DNA from: Octopus bimaculoides | Lineage: Eukaryota | Direction: 5' to 3' | Length of the DNA: 64,000 nucleotides | NCBI RefSeq assembly: GCF_001194135.2 | Contig: NC_068981.1 | Coordinates: 188,664,105 to 188,728,104 of the forward strand | Shown: piece by piece, positions 12,362-24,981 of the stretch | How the letters are laid out: each line of letters starts with the position of its first letter | How positions within the stretch are numbered: the stretch's first letter is position 1 | The notes under the pieces: generated by a model | What the model was told of the DNA's origin: nothing | The model's database searches: none | Seen by the model: the letters and a program-made list of their open reading frames with translations, nothing else | Made by a program: the position numbers and the translations under genes

Positions 12362-12399
<38 letters not shown>

Positions 12400-12545
12400 C
12401 AATATGGTTTCACTTAATTTCTCTGTATAAATCCATATTATCTTCCAGGTTATAGTCACTTTGCCATCCTTTAAAACCATTTGTACTTTCTCTTCTCTGT
12501 GGGTATTCCATATTTTCAAGTATATGCAAGTTCAGATTCTGCAAA
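11990..12545 (-). pseudogene. R4/Dong-type LINE 3' fragment
   Basis: DGKVTITW.., then an (ATT)n expanded inside the PDIII..KD codons, KYCLIDISFPANDYISLEE, ITKMWGLKTCTV, HNTHKIALQG. Confidence 0.7.
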
Positions 12546-12672
12546 CTCTCTTGTTGTGCTTCTCTGTGTGTGCTTATATACAGTCAGTAGGCGAGAGCTA
12601 AATAAGCTCAGTATAGAAAACACATTGTAGCATTTGAATGAATTAAAACTTAAATTCTGATTTCTTCATAAG

Positions 12673-12714
12673 GAGTACTATAAGAGAAATCCAAATCAAG
12701 CTGATATGGAGATG
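12673..12714 (+). CDS. Candidate coding exon (EYYKRNPNQADMEM)
   Basis: tttcttcatAAG acceptor, ATG|GTAAGG donor, 42 nt, phase 0-0, stop-free. Confidence 0.3.
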
Positions 12715-13119
12715 GTAAGGTAAATAAACACATATAAGACTCAACATGTTGCATTTGCCTATCTTCTCTTGAGAAGAGGAGTCAGACATGCAGCGATAGC
12801 TTCATCAGACTGACCACCAGTTGCGTACTTGTGACTTTTTGCATATATCACCTGCAAATTATGATTTTACTGTAACTCTTAGTTTTCTGAAACAGCTGAT
12901 AAGACATTACATAACTTCTTCAGATGTGTTTTTTTTAATTTATTTTCTATATTTTGGGCTTCATGTAAATGTTTATATTCATCTTTATTTGTGTTTATCT
13001 ACCTTACTACATCTATACACACACACACACACACATGTACACGTACAAACACATCTTTTTTTCTTCTATCCTTTACTTGCTTCAGGCATTAGACTGTGGC
13101 CATGCTGAAGCAACACCTT

Positions 13120-13470
13120 GAAGAAAGCACATCCAAGCGTGATCGTTGCCAGGGCCACGGATTGGCTCCCATGCCGGTGACATGTGAAAAGCACCATTCG
13201 AGCATGATCGTTGCCAGTATCGTCTTAGTGGCACATGAGAAACAATATTCAAGCGTGGTCGTTGCCAGTACTGCTTGACTGGCCCTCGTGCCGGTGGCAT
13301 GTAAAAGCACCCACTACAATCTCAGAGTGGTTGGCATTAGGAAGGGCATCCAGCTGTAGAAACTTTGCCAGATAAGATTGAGCCTGGTGCAGCCTCTGGC
13401 TCACCAGTCCTCAGTCAAACCGTCCAACCCATGCCAACATGGAAAGCGGACGTTAAACAATGATGATATA
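13120..13470 (+). mobile_element. RTE 3'-UTR fragment with internal tandem sub-repeats
   Basis: Three related units (AAGCAC..AGCGTGATCGTTGCCAG..GTGGCACRTG) precede the family C tail, which ends in (GAT)n before the gap. Confidence 0.75.
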
Positions 13471-15708
13471 TATNNNNNNNNNNNNNNNNNNNNNNNNNNN
13501 NNNNNNNNNNNNNNNNNNNNNNNNNNNNNNNNNNNNNNNNNNNNNNNNNNNNNNNNNNNNNNNNNNNNNNNNNNNNNNNNNNNNNNNNNNNNNNNNNNNN
13601 NNNNNNNNNNNNNNNNNNNNNNNNNNNNNNNNNNNNNNNNNNNNNNNNNNNNNNNNNNNNNNNNNNNNNNNNNNNNNNNNNNNNNNNNNNNNNNNNNNNN
13701 NNNNNNNNNNNNNNNNNNNNNNNNNNNNNNNNNNNNNNNNNNNNNNNNNNNNNNNNNNNNNNNNNNNNNNNNNNNNNNNNNNNNNNNNNNNATATATATA
13801 TATATATACATACATACAAACACAATGATCTTTTTTCAGTTTCCAACAACCAAATCCATTCACAAGGCTTTGGTTGGCCCAAGGTTAGAGTAGAAGACAT
13901 TTTCTATGCTTTTCTGTGTGTAAAAACATTTTCATGGGTTGAGATTCACTCTTTATCGACTTTGTTCTTGCCCAGTCTAGTCAAGTATTGCCCATGTTAG
14001 TATTTTGCTGATCAATGCCATTTGTATATTTTACAAAGCCATTCAAAATTTAGGTAGAGTTTTCTGTGTTCTTTTTAAAGAGTTTTTTTTATTCTTGTCT
14101 CTTTCTCCTTTCCGTTGCCTCTGTTTTAAATTTCTTGAGAGGCCACCTCCTCCCCTTAATGTGAGTAGCCATGTAGCTCTTATACTACAAGAACCTGTTC
14201 TATTCCACCCCTCCTCATCTGTTAGCATAATGCCCCACCCCCTCAGGTTTTGTAGGCTTGTATGCCACATGGTGACTTAATTTGTGCCAATGGCATGAGA
14301 AAATCACCCTACACTCAGTATAAGGTAGTTGGTATTAGGAAGGGCATCAGACCATAGAAACCACACCAAAACATACACTGCGGTATAATGTAGTCCTTGG
14401 ACTCTCAGAATCCTTTCAGACCATCCAACCCATGCCAGCATGGAAAATGTATGTTAAAAGCTGCTTAGACGATATTGATTAGTGTATATAATATTTAAAA
14501 GCATTTTCTACTTGCAGAAGACCCTTTCCTCTTTGTATTTATGGTGAATATAACCTTTCTGTGTCACATTTGTTGCATTTTCTAAATGCGATCATTAGTT
14601 GCTTTGTTTTGCTATTTTGTCTTGTTAATTCACTTAACTTCCAATGATATTATAATTGTAAAATATTACTGGACTAGAACAGAGTTTTGCTGTATATTAC
14701 CTTATTTTTAACATTTAGCTCAATTTATAACATTAATCAAATTTATCTCTAATATGCCTTCCTAACTTCTTTCATACATCTGTGCTGGAATCTATCTAGT
14801 TCATTAATTCTAAGAATTTGTAAGTCTGTGTTAGGACTAATTCTCTCATCTCTGTTTCTTTATCTAAGATGATATCAGTGCTTTTAATTAATTTTCCTCT
14901 CATCAAAGTTGTCTTGGTACATTTTCCTAAATCAAATTTCATGCCAATTTCCTAACCAAATCAATGCACTGTCTGTAACATTGTTTCTATGTATTTGACA
15001 TCTTTAGTGCACTAACAAGTCATCTACACACAGGAGTGAGTTGTGACAGTCGTCCAACCCATGCTAGCATGGAAAGCGGACGTTAAACGATGATGATGAT
15101 GATGATGATGATTTCATTGCACTTGAATCTATATTCAGTTCAGCCTTTTTATCATATACGCTTATCTCTTGGCAGAAAAGGAGTAAAGAGATGTCCCCAT
15201 GGTATATTCCTCTTCTAATGAGAATGAATTTAGTTCTTGCTTCAATCTGTAAATCAGTTTTCTCTTCATTTTATCTTTTACTTGTTTCGGTTATTAGACT
15301 GTGGACATGCTGGAGCATCATCTTGAATTTTTAGTTGAATGAATCAATCTCAGTGCTTATTTTTATTTTAAGCCTGGTATCTATTCTATTAAACGCCTTT
15401 TGCCGAACAGCTAAGTAACAGGGATGTAAACAAACCAACACTGGTTGTCAAGCCATGGTGGGAGACAAACACACACACATGCACATGATAGGCTTCTTTC
15501 AATTTGCTCAAGGTGCCACACAGTGGCATTTTGTCTGTCTTTGCATTCTGAATTCAAGTGCTGCTGAGGTCAACTTTGTTTTTCATTCTTTCAGGGTTGA
15601 TAACGTAAGGACCAGTCAAGCACTGGAATCTATGTTATTGACCAGCCCTCACCCCCTAATTTCAGGCCTTCTATCTATAGTAAAAAGGATAATTATTATT
15701 ATCATTAT

Positions 15709-16257
15709 TGACTGAGAGAGCATGCCACCAAAGTGACACTGGGGTACAAATTTATGAAGCCCAGTATACCCATTATGACTACCCATCTGATAAGAGTACA
15801 TAAGGCACTTGCATCACAACCATACGTGCATGACATGGTGATCTCATATCAAGATAAACAGTGCATGACCTTGCAGGTGGAGCCCAGTTAGGATTTTCTT
15901 CAGGTTGAGTACCCCATCCCACTCAAAAGGTCCCTGAATAAGGGTTGTTTAAGGAGGTTGAATGAAACACCCATGTTTCCAGAGGTGAATTATTCAAACC
16001 CCAAAGAATTCCTCTTAACACATGGCTATGATGCTTCCCCACTACTTCTGCCCATGGTCAAAGATACACATATTGTCAGCCACCAAGGGACATGTTCAGC
16101 CTGTTATGGTCAAGCAATTGACAAGCAAATCTGTGGTATTGAGCAGAGCATTTGCTGTAGCCCATCTTTTATACCATAACAAAACATGTACATGATAACA
16201 CTTTCAATCAGTTAAGATCAGAAGCCATGAGAACCACTGCCTGGTACTGCATCAGTG

Positions 16258-16260
<3 letters not shown>
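15709..16260. mobile_element. Family D element, full length
   Basis: (ATT)n on both sides; boundaries match the 26651-27208 copy. Confidence 0.85.
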
Positions 16261-16326
<66 letters not shown>

Positions 16327-17574
16327 CTAAAGTGGATTCCTTTTACTTATGCCTTCCTTAACTGGTAACCTATATATAAAACATATACCACTATATATAA
16401 TTTTTCTTAATTACAATTGTCAACAGTAGCCTCAATAAATATTTGGTTGTCAAAGAGCAACAATGTAAACTAATCTATAGTAATTCAGCAGAGTTCAGTA
16501 ATCCCTTAAAGATAAATACAACTGGACAAGATTTACTGATTGCTATATTTCAGAAAGTCTATTTATAAACACTACAGAGAATCATAACAAAACATGTTCA
16601 ATTAAAAACTCTTCATTCATTACTGCTTGTTTTAATTCTTTGTGGAAACCATCAAGAGAACCATTCGGCTTGAGAGTTTGAGGTGAATCAGATAGAATTT
16701 TATGTTGCTTTTCACTTAGATTTTATGATAAGGAATATAGGTGATATGGATGGTATTGATACCAGCACTTTAAGTTTGTGCAGGATATGTGGAATATTCC
16801 ATTTAAATTATTAAATATTGTACAGGGTTTTATTATATAAAACAGTTACACATTATTGGAATGAAATTCACTTATATCTAAACCGTTTTTAGCAGTTTGG
16901 TTGTTGGCAAGATTTCTCTTGTGATATAAACATTTTGATTAATTCCTTTACCATATATATTTGATGAGTTCCAGAAAATTCAGTGAAATTCATTACAAAA
17001 TATATTAAAACTAGAAAAAAAAAATACCTGACTGTGCAATTGAAAAGTAATTTTTAGAAATATCATTAGGGAAAAAGACCTTTTTTTTTAAAAAAAAACA
17101 AAGGTTGGCAAAAACACACACGAATCTATTCAATGAGAAATAGAATTGATGACATTACCAATGACTATCAATACACAGCTGTTACCATGAATCAACATCT
17201 CACAGACAGCAAGCAGGCACATTTTAAAGAAACTACCAAACTATCATCTATAATATGAAGCTTAAAACAAATATTGAAAATGTTTGCCAAAGAATTCACT
17301 AGGATGCTATCATGCAAAGAAAAGAGAATTGGAAGTTTATTACGCATAAACTACTATACTGACAAAACTAATTAAACTGTTTAGTAATTCCAAACATAGT
17401 CACATGAGCTAACATATGTATGTACTAATAGGATATAAACTACTATAGTAAACAGCTGCAATTATGAATAACTGTCATCTGCATGTTTGCCATCACAGAC
17501 TCATTGTATAGAGAGACCATCGATACTAGCAAATGACCATCAATTCTAGCATAATTCTATTATAAGGTGGTTAA

Positions 17575-17779
17575 CCCTTTTGATACCAACCCACCTGAAA
17601 CCGTCTCTGGCTCTTTAGTTCGAATGTTTTGTTTTCAAAAGTTCTGAATTAAAATCTTTCACCAAATCTTAGTCAATGAGCTTAATGATAACTAAGTTAT
17701 TTTACTAAATTCTTTATTTTATTCAAAATTAATTGAAAGAAACACAAAGTATCTCAACAAAAATATGGTAGCAAAAGGG
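17575..17779. mobile_element. piggyBac-type MITE
   Basis: TTAA TSDs (17571-74, 17780-83); TIRs CCCTTTTGATACCA / CCCTTTTGCTACCA. Inverted homologue at 33215-33436. Confidence 0.9.
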
Positions 17780-17898
17780 TTAAGAAGCTTGCTTTGGGTT
17801 CAATCTTACAATGCAGCACCTTGAGCAAGTGCCTTCTAATATAGTCTTAGGCTTCTAATATAGTCTTATGAGAGAATTTGGTAGGCAGAAACTCTTTA

Positions 17899-18134
17899 AG
17901 GCGGCGAGCTAGAAGAAATGTTAGCATGCCGAGCGAAATGCTTAGCGATATTTCGTCTGCCATTACATTCTGAGTTCAAATTCCGCCGAGGTTGACTTTG
18001 CCTTTCATCCTTTTGGGGTCGATAAATTAAGTACGAGTTATGCACTGGGGTCGATGTAATCGACTTAATCCCTTTGTCTGTCCTTGTTTGTCCCCTCTGT
18101 ATGTAGCCCCTTGTGGGCAATAAAGAAATAAGAA
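17899..18134 (+). mobile_element. SINE family B, well-preserved full-length copy nested in a family A SINE
   Basis: GGCGGCGAGCT head to TAAAGAAATAAGAA tail; near-TSD agaaactcttta / agaaacttttta. Confidence 0.9.
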
Positions 18135-18635
18135 ACTTTTTAGATGTCCATTGAATATGTATTTTTATACATATGAGGAGTGTTTGTGTTTGTCTTCCAT
18201 CACTGCTTGACAACATAGCGTTGGTTTGTTTATGTCCTTGTAACTGTTGTGTAAAAGAGCCCAACAGGGTAAGTACCAGGCCTAGAAATAAGTACTGGGG
18301 TCGATTTGCTCGACTAAAAGGCAGTGCTCCAGCATGGCTGCAGTGAAACAACTGAAAGAAATAAAAGATAACAGATGGGGTATGATAAAGTTGAGTAGGC
18401 TTGAAAAGACCTGCTGTACTAACAGTCAAGCTCAAAGTGACACCTGCAACACTGAATCTTCGCAAAAAAGGGACTAAAAATATACATAATAAAAACTAAT
18501 GGTTGGGTATTGAAATGCAATATAAAAATCCTTATTTGCTCCTTTACAAAACAGAAATATAAATACGTTCTGATTTGAATCATAAACCATGTAATCGACC
18601 TATGACAGGATTAAATCTACACATTTGCCAGACTA

Positions 18636-18849
18636 TTCTTTTATTCTTTTATTCGCTTCAGTCATTTGACTGTGGCCATGTTGGAGCACCGCCTTTTAGT
18701 CGAGCAAATCGACCCCAGGACTTATTCTTTGGAAGCCTAGTACTTATTCTATCGGTATTTTTTGCCGAACTGCTAAGTTACAGGGACATAAACACACCAG
18801 CATCGGTTGTCAAGCAATGTTGAGGGGACAAACACAGACACACAAACAT

Positions 18850-18924
<75 letters not shown>

Positions 18925-19233
18925 TGTGTATTTGCTTGTGCCTCTCTCCCAGAGAGTGAGAGAGGGAAATATATATATATATATATAGGGTGTCCATAAG
19001 GTCCCTTTACAATAAAGGTTTTAAAAGTATGGAAGTTGCAAAGATAATTTATGGACACCCTGTATATACAATGGGCTTCTTTCAGTTTCCGTCTACCAAA
19101 TCCACTCACAAGGCTTTGGTTACTCCGAGGCGAGAGTAGAAGACACTTTCCCAAGGTGCCACGCAGTGGGACTGAACCCGGAACCATGTGTGGTTGGTAA
19201 GCAAACTACTTACCACACAGCCACTCCTGCGCC
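18636..19233 (-). mobile_element. SINE family A, full length (tRNA-like head, internal (TA)n, second module)
   Basis: Head GGCGCAGGAGTGGCTGTGTGG..GGTTCAGTCCC, body CCTTGGGAAAGTGTCTTCTAC, tail GAATAAAAGAATAAAAG. About 20 full or partial copies in the window. Confidence 0.9.
18986..19062. mobile_element. 77-bp Tc1/mariner mini-MITE in the (TA)n tract of a SINE
   Basis: TIRs (T)AGGGTGTCCATAA / TTATGGACACCCTG, TA flanks. Confidence 0.85.
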
Positions 19234-19388
19234 TGTCAGAAATTTCTGATAAGTATCAAGTGTTATCTGGATTAAGTTGTTCTACATTATGAAAAATGTC
19301 CTAGATATTTATAAGGAGTTGTATGTCATGGTTTCAACATTCTATTCAATATCATTGCTAACTTCTGGCTCTTGCAATGGCTACACAG

Positions 19389-19450
19389 AGGAAAGCAGCT
19401 GCTACAATTATTGAGGCCATTGAACTAATTACTAAATCTTGTAAATACTG
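19389..19450 (+). CDS. Candidate coding exon (RKAAATIIEAIELITKSCKY)
   Basis: CTAAC branch point about 27 nt upstream of a CAG acceptor; CTG|GTCAGT donor; phase 0-2; stop-free. Confidence 0.35.
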
Positions 19451-20164
19451 GTCAGTCTGTTTCACTTTGTAACAGAAATTTACAAGAGTTATTGCCGAGG
19501 GGTTTTTCAATAGCTCTCTCCCCTTCTCTCTCTCCTCTTCTTCTCTCTCTCTCTTATCTTGCCAATCAATATGTTACTATTACTACTGATATATCTACTA
19601 AAAATATGTGTTCAGTTTATAACATCAGAAATACCACAATGTCCATTATTTCTTTAATGATAATTTAAGTAAATACCCGGTGTAATAAAATTAATTGGAA
19701 ATCATAGGAACATCTTTTACACAACAAATATGCATACCTATTCTGTCTTATTATTTCCAGACTTCTGGCATTAGGAATATCTTGGTAAAGAAAATAGATC
19801 ATGCCATGATTTTGCGGTCAACAAAGAAGTACACAAGGTTTAAGAAAATTAGCCAAACAAAACAGTACCAAAGCTTCTATGTGACTTCACAAGGGTCCTC
19901 AGTGGTGGCTGATAATAAAGAGAGTTTTAGTGTTCCCTCCTTAGTCTAATAGGCTTTATAAGCCAGAAGATATCTTGCACCCCTTCACACATCTGTTTGA
20001 GATGACTCTCCCGGCTTCATACCTCTCATCTGATACTTTTACTTAATTTTGGACATTTGAATGAACGTTACAATACACACACAAACACACACACACGTGT
20101 GTATGTATATACATACATATGTACATATATATATACATATATACATATATGTGTGCTTACATAA

Positions 20165-20300
20165 ATACATACATACAAACAAAAATATCCTGTTGTTGAT
20201 GTTGAAATTCCAATGAAGGAACCTTGGATCTAGGTTAGAAACTGGTTCTTTCTCTATTGGCAAGAAACCTTGAAATAAGATTGAACAATGTACACATACA
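20165..20300 (+). repeat. Short repeat in (TACA)n/(TA)n context with degenerate hammerhead-like motif (family H)
   Basis: About 80% identical to 56970-57097. Confidence 0.7.
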
Positions 20301-23161
20301 TACATACATACATACAGACGTTATACATACAAAGAAAAAGACAAAAAATAAACAAACAAACAACAAAACCTGCTCCCTTGATACTCAAACTTGCTGAATC
20401 CTTAGAAGAACTTAAATTTTTACATAAACACTACCTTCAATTCTGTTATGTCTGGATGAAATTTATAATATATACAAAGGAACGTCAACTTAAAACTTGT
20501 CCAGAGAACCTATTGAAATCATGTGTTGTCAGTCATATGACAGTGGTTTAACAAAACCAGGGAAGAAATATACAAAAGAAGTATTATAAAATAAAAAGAG
20601 AAGATTGTTATGGTTTGTGCGAAAAGTTGCTCAAGGAATTCTTTCTGCTGGAATGGTGAATTAATTTGAAAAATGGACACCTAAGATATTAGGATGTATG
20701 ATATTTTATGAAAGATAATATCTCTTTTGAACCAAGAGTGCTACATCACACCATAGTTTGAAGTCTCAGTCTCTTTACTACTCACCAACAGGAGGACATA
20801 GATATAACATACCTTATAAATAAAGAATTAGTGCAGATTCTAAATGTCTAAGATGTGCTAGAAAATGTCAGCTGTACTAAGTTTGTGTAAAGTAATACCA
20901 CTGATATAATCAGCAACTGCTTCTTCAAAATATTAATGTATTACTTTCATATGAGATATATTGTTAAAAAATCAATATACTCTGCCATTCATATTAATGT
21001 CTACCCAGACGGATGTGTCCAATATAGCAATGCTGTGTACAATGCAACCACACCTTTCTACCTAAAGGATATTCATGAAAGATAGATGCGTGTGTTGAAG
21101 GAAGGTGCAACAAAACTGACATTTACACTCAGAGATAAGAATAAAATATGAAAAAAACAAAAACAAAAGAAAAAATCGCAAATTATCCTAATAAACAGAG
21201 GAAGATGACAAAGAAATAGGTTTATAGACACTTGATTCCGAATCTGCAGTTGTTACAGCATGATTATTGATGAACTTATTAATGCTCATATGTTTGATGT
21301 TTAAATAATAAACTTGTAATATTGATGTTTCTGTTGATGAAAAAGATAGGCATTCAATAGCATCCTGATAACTTAATCTGCAAGGATAAAGAAAATTTAA
21401 TTCAGATGAATTTTTAAATTTTCATTACGTGATTGCTAAAAACTTTGAATTTCAAAGAAAAAGTCTTGTTTCAAAAATATTTAACCCCTTTTATTTTTTC
21501 TAATGAAAAATCTAAAATGTATACTTAAAGATTATACATGTGCACATGTTATTTATGTCTAATTCGTGGCCCTTTTTTTTAGGTCTAGATGTAGTTATCA
21601 TGATTCCATCTATAACAGAATTCTGTTGAAAGATTAAATGGTCTCTACACCAGATGTTGTTTTTATTCGTCAGTGATTACTATTTCCGGTGGTCTGCTTA
21701 AGACCAAAAGATTTTTTCCATCTTTAACAGTGGAAATATTAAAGTGAGAGAAGATAATAAAATCAAGTTAGTAGAAGAACAAATGATAGTTTCAGACTAT
21801 TATAACACCATATTTATGGCATGTGTTGTTGTGGAGGTTTCATAAAAGTCACCAAAGGGTAGCAGATAGATTGATAGACAGGGCCCAATTTATTGAAAAG
21901 TGTTGGTCTTCCTTTCTCTTTATTAATGATTTGTAGGTACCATAATTTCTAAAGAATGTCTGTAGAAAGAACCTTAACAAAATATTTGTTTATTATAAAC
22001 AATTGAAGTGCATTTAATAATGCAACATTGGTATCCGAATAACGGGTGCATACAATATAACTTTTAACAGAATGACAGAAAACTATACTTGATGTGCACC
22101 ATATGCATCAAGAGATGCAGGAGTTAACTGCAGGAGCAACTTTGAAAGGAAAATCTTAGATTACTCAACTTGCTCTCCATTTCAGTCACAAGATAAATCT
22201 TATAGAGTTCAAATTTTGAAGCACTTTGCATAGTTCTCTTCTATTCAGACAGCTTCCAAGAAGCGATAAATGTACTATAACTGGTAAAGTAAGAAGGAAA
22301 GAATTAAAAGAATATTGTCTCTGTTGGAAATGTGGGGTTTCTTTACCACGAGTCAAGTTACTTTGTTCAAAGAGTTATTGTCACTTTTTATACCATCAGA
22401 AATTTTAAGCCATAAATTCTTGCTTTAGGCATTCTTTGATTTCAGCTACATTGTTTTGTTTTCTGTCCTATCTTTTATTTTTCCCTTCTGTTATGATTTT
22501 AGTTGTGCCATTGATTTCATAAGGGACAGAGAGAGAGAGATCTCTTTTCTTATTTTCTATTTTTTCCCCTCTGTAAGTTTGATTTCCATGTTGTTTGCTT
22601 GGGGATTGATATTCCTTTATGAGCAAGTCTGAAGGTGTACCCACTTTCATTTGTAGCTTATCACCATCACCATCATCATCCTCAATGTTATCATCATCAT
22701 CATCAGTTAATTGCACTATATCACCATTATTTGCATACTGCTTTGTATTCAATACAGAACTTGTAAGTAGTGTTTATTTTCAGTGTGAACAATGCTTCAG
22801 TTTACCACCATGTGTGTCAATCACTATGGCCTTTATATTTGAGATGTGCATATATTTATAAGCATTTATTAGCTTTCAAAAACATGCACATACATTGTAT
22901 ACATTTGTAAGCAGTGAGTTAAACAGATTTTGTTTGTCTGCATATAAATCTTTCTATTCATTCTCCTGGTATTTTAAGTCAAGAAGAATCTACAACACTT
23001 GTTTCATAATTGTAAGGGTTTATCTGTACTATCACCAGTCATTTCTGATCCCCTCCTTTGATATGGATTCTTGCTTATTTTATAGATTTTTGTTATGAAC
23101 ACACCACCAAGATAATATCTGAAATAAATTTTCTCTAAAATACCTTGTAGTTATATCAACA

Positions 23162-23326
23162 GGCGCAGGAGTGGGTGTGTGGTAAGTAGCTTGCTTACCA
23201 ACCACATGGTTCCGGGTTCATTCCCACTGCATGGCATCTTGGGCAAGTGTCTTCTACTATAGCCTCGGGCTGACCAAAGCCTTGTGAGTGGATTTGGTAG
23301 ACAGAAACTGAAAGAAGCCCGTCGTA

Positions 23327-23365
<39 letters not shown>

Positions 23366-24419
23366 NNNNNNNNNNNNNNNNNNNNNNNNNNNNNNNNNNN
23401 NNNNNNNNNNNNNNNNNNNNNNNNNNNNNNNNNNNNNNNNNNNNNNNNNNNNNNNNNNNNNNNNNNNNNNNNNNNNNNNNNNNNNNNNNNNNNNNNNNNN
23501 NNNNNNNNNNNNNNNNNNNNNNNNNNNNNNNNNNNNNNNNNNNNNNNNNNNNNNNNNNNNNNNNNNNNNNNNNNNNNNNNNNNNNNNNNNNNNNNNNNNN
23601 NNNNNNNNNNNNNNNNNNNNNNNNNNNNNNNNNNNNNNNNNNNNNNNNNNNNNNNNNNNNNNNNNNNNNNNNNNNNNNNNNNNNNNNNNNNNNNNNNNNN
23701 NNNNNNNNNNNNNNNNNNNNNNNNNNNNNNNNNNNNNNNNNNNNNNNNNNNNNNNNNNNNNNNNNNNNNNNNNNNNNNNNNNNNNNNNNNNNNNNNNNNN
23801 NNNNNNNNNNNNNNNNNNNNNNNNNNNNNNNNNNNNNNNNNNNNNNNNNNNNNNNNNNNNNNNNNNNNNNNNNNNNNNNNNNNNNNNNNNNNNNNNNNNN
23901 NNNNNNNNNNNNNNNNNNNNNNNNNNNNNNNNNNNNNNNNNNNNNNNNNNNNNNNNNNNNNNNNNNNNNNNNNNNNNNNNNNNNNNNNNNNNNNNNNNNN
24001 NNNNNNNNNNNNNNNNNNNNNNNNNNNNNNNNNNNNNNNNNNNNNNNNNNNNNNNNNNNNNNNNNNNNNNNNNNNNNNNNNNNNNNNNNNNNNNNNNNNN
24101 NNNNNNNNNNNNNNNNNNNNNNNNNNNNNNNNNNNNNNNNNNNNNNNNNNNNNNNNNNNNNNNNNNNNNNNNNNNNNNNNNNNNNNNNNNNNNNNNNNNN
24201 NNNNNNNNNNNNNNNNNNNNNNNNNNNNNNNNNNNNNNNNNNNNNNNNNNNNNNNNNNNNNNNNNNNNNNNNNNNNNNNNNNNNNNNNNNNNNNNNNNNN
24301 NNNNTATATGTATATGTATATATATGTATATGTATATATATGTATATGTATATATATGTATATGTATATATATGTATATACGACGGGCTTCTTTCAGTTT
24401 CTGTCTACCAAATCCACTC

Positions 24420-24451
<32 letters not shown>

Positions 24452-24655
24452 GTTTGTGTGTCTCCCTCAGCATTGCTTGACAACCGATGCTGGTGTGTTT
24501 ACGTGCTCGTAACTTAGCGGTTCGGCAAAAAGAGCCCGATAGAATAAGTACTAGGCTTACAAAGAATAAGTCCTGGGATCGATTTGCTCGACTAAAGGCG
24601 GTGCTCCAGCATGGCCGCAGTCAAATGACTGAAACAACTAAAAGAGTAAAGAGAG
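23162..24655 (+). mobile_element. SINE family A spanning a gap (N 23366-24304), with an inverted head fragment at about 24380-24420
   Basis: Head at 23162, tail ending GAGTAAAGAGAG. Confidence 0.85.
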
Positions 24656-24761
24656 TATCTGCAGATTAAGCTATTCATTTTAGCTTCCATAACTTTTGAA
24701 TCAGCCAGTTATTTTATCAGCCCTAGGACAATGACATTTCATCAAACAATATAGGTTTTAA

Positions 24762-24981
24762 CTCTTTCACATTTAAACTGACCACATCTGACTCGAATAT
24801 TCTGTCTGTTTTATGTTCAAACTAGTCAGATCCAGCCTCTCACACCTATCCTACATTGACATTCTAAGAATGAATAGCCACATCATCGAAATCTCAAAGC
24901 TATGAGATGATGCATGATTAATTGAAAACAATATGAATGAATAAACATTACATTTGACTGAGTAATGTGAATGCTCAACGG
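24762..24981. mobile_element. piggyBac-type MITE, second family
   Basis: TTAA at 24758-61 and 24982-85; degenerate TIRs ctctttcacatt / aatgctcaacgg. Confidence 0.6.

Noticed and set aside
22226-22408. LPR..TITGKVRRKELKE resembles the acyl-CoA synthetase C-terminal motif
   Set aside because: Extra residues inside the motif, unrelated context and no other family exons seen; probably chance.
22468-22752. 94-aa minus-strand ORF with an acidic run
   Set aside because: The acidic run comes from a (GAT)n microsatellite; no convincing splice signals or homology.
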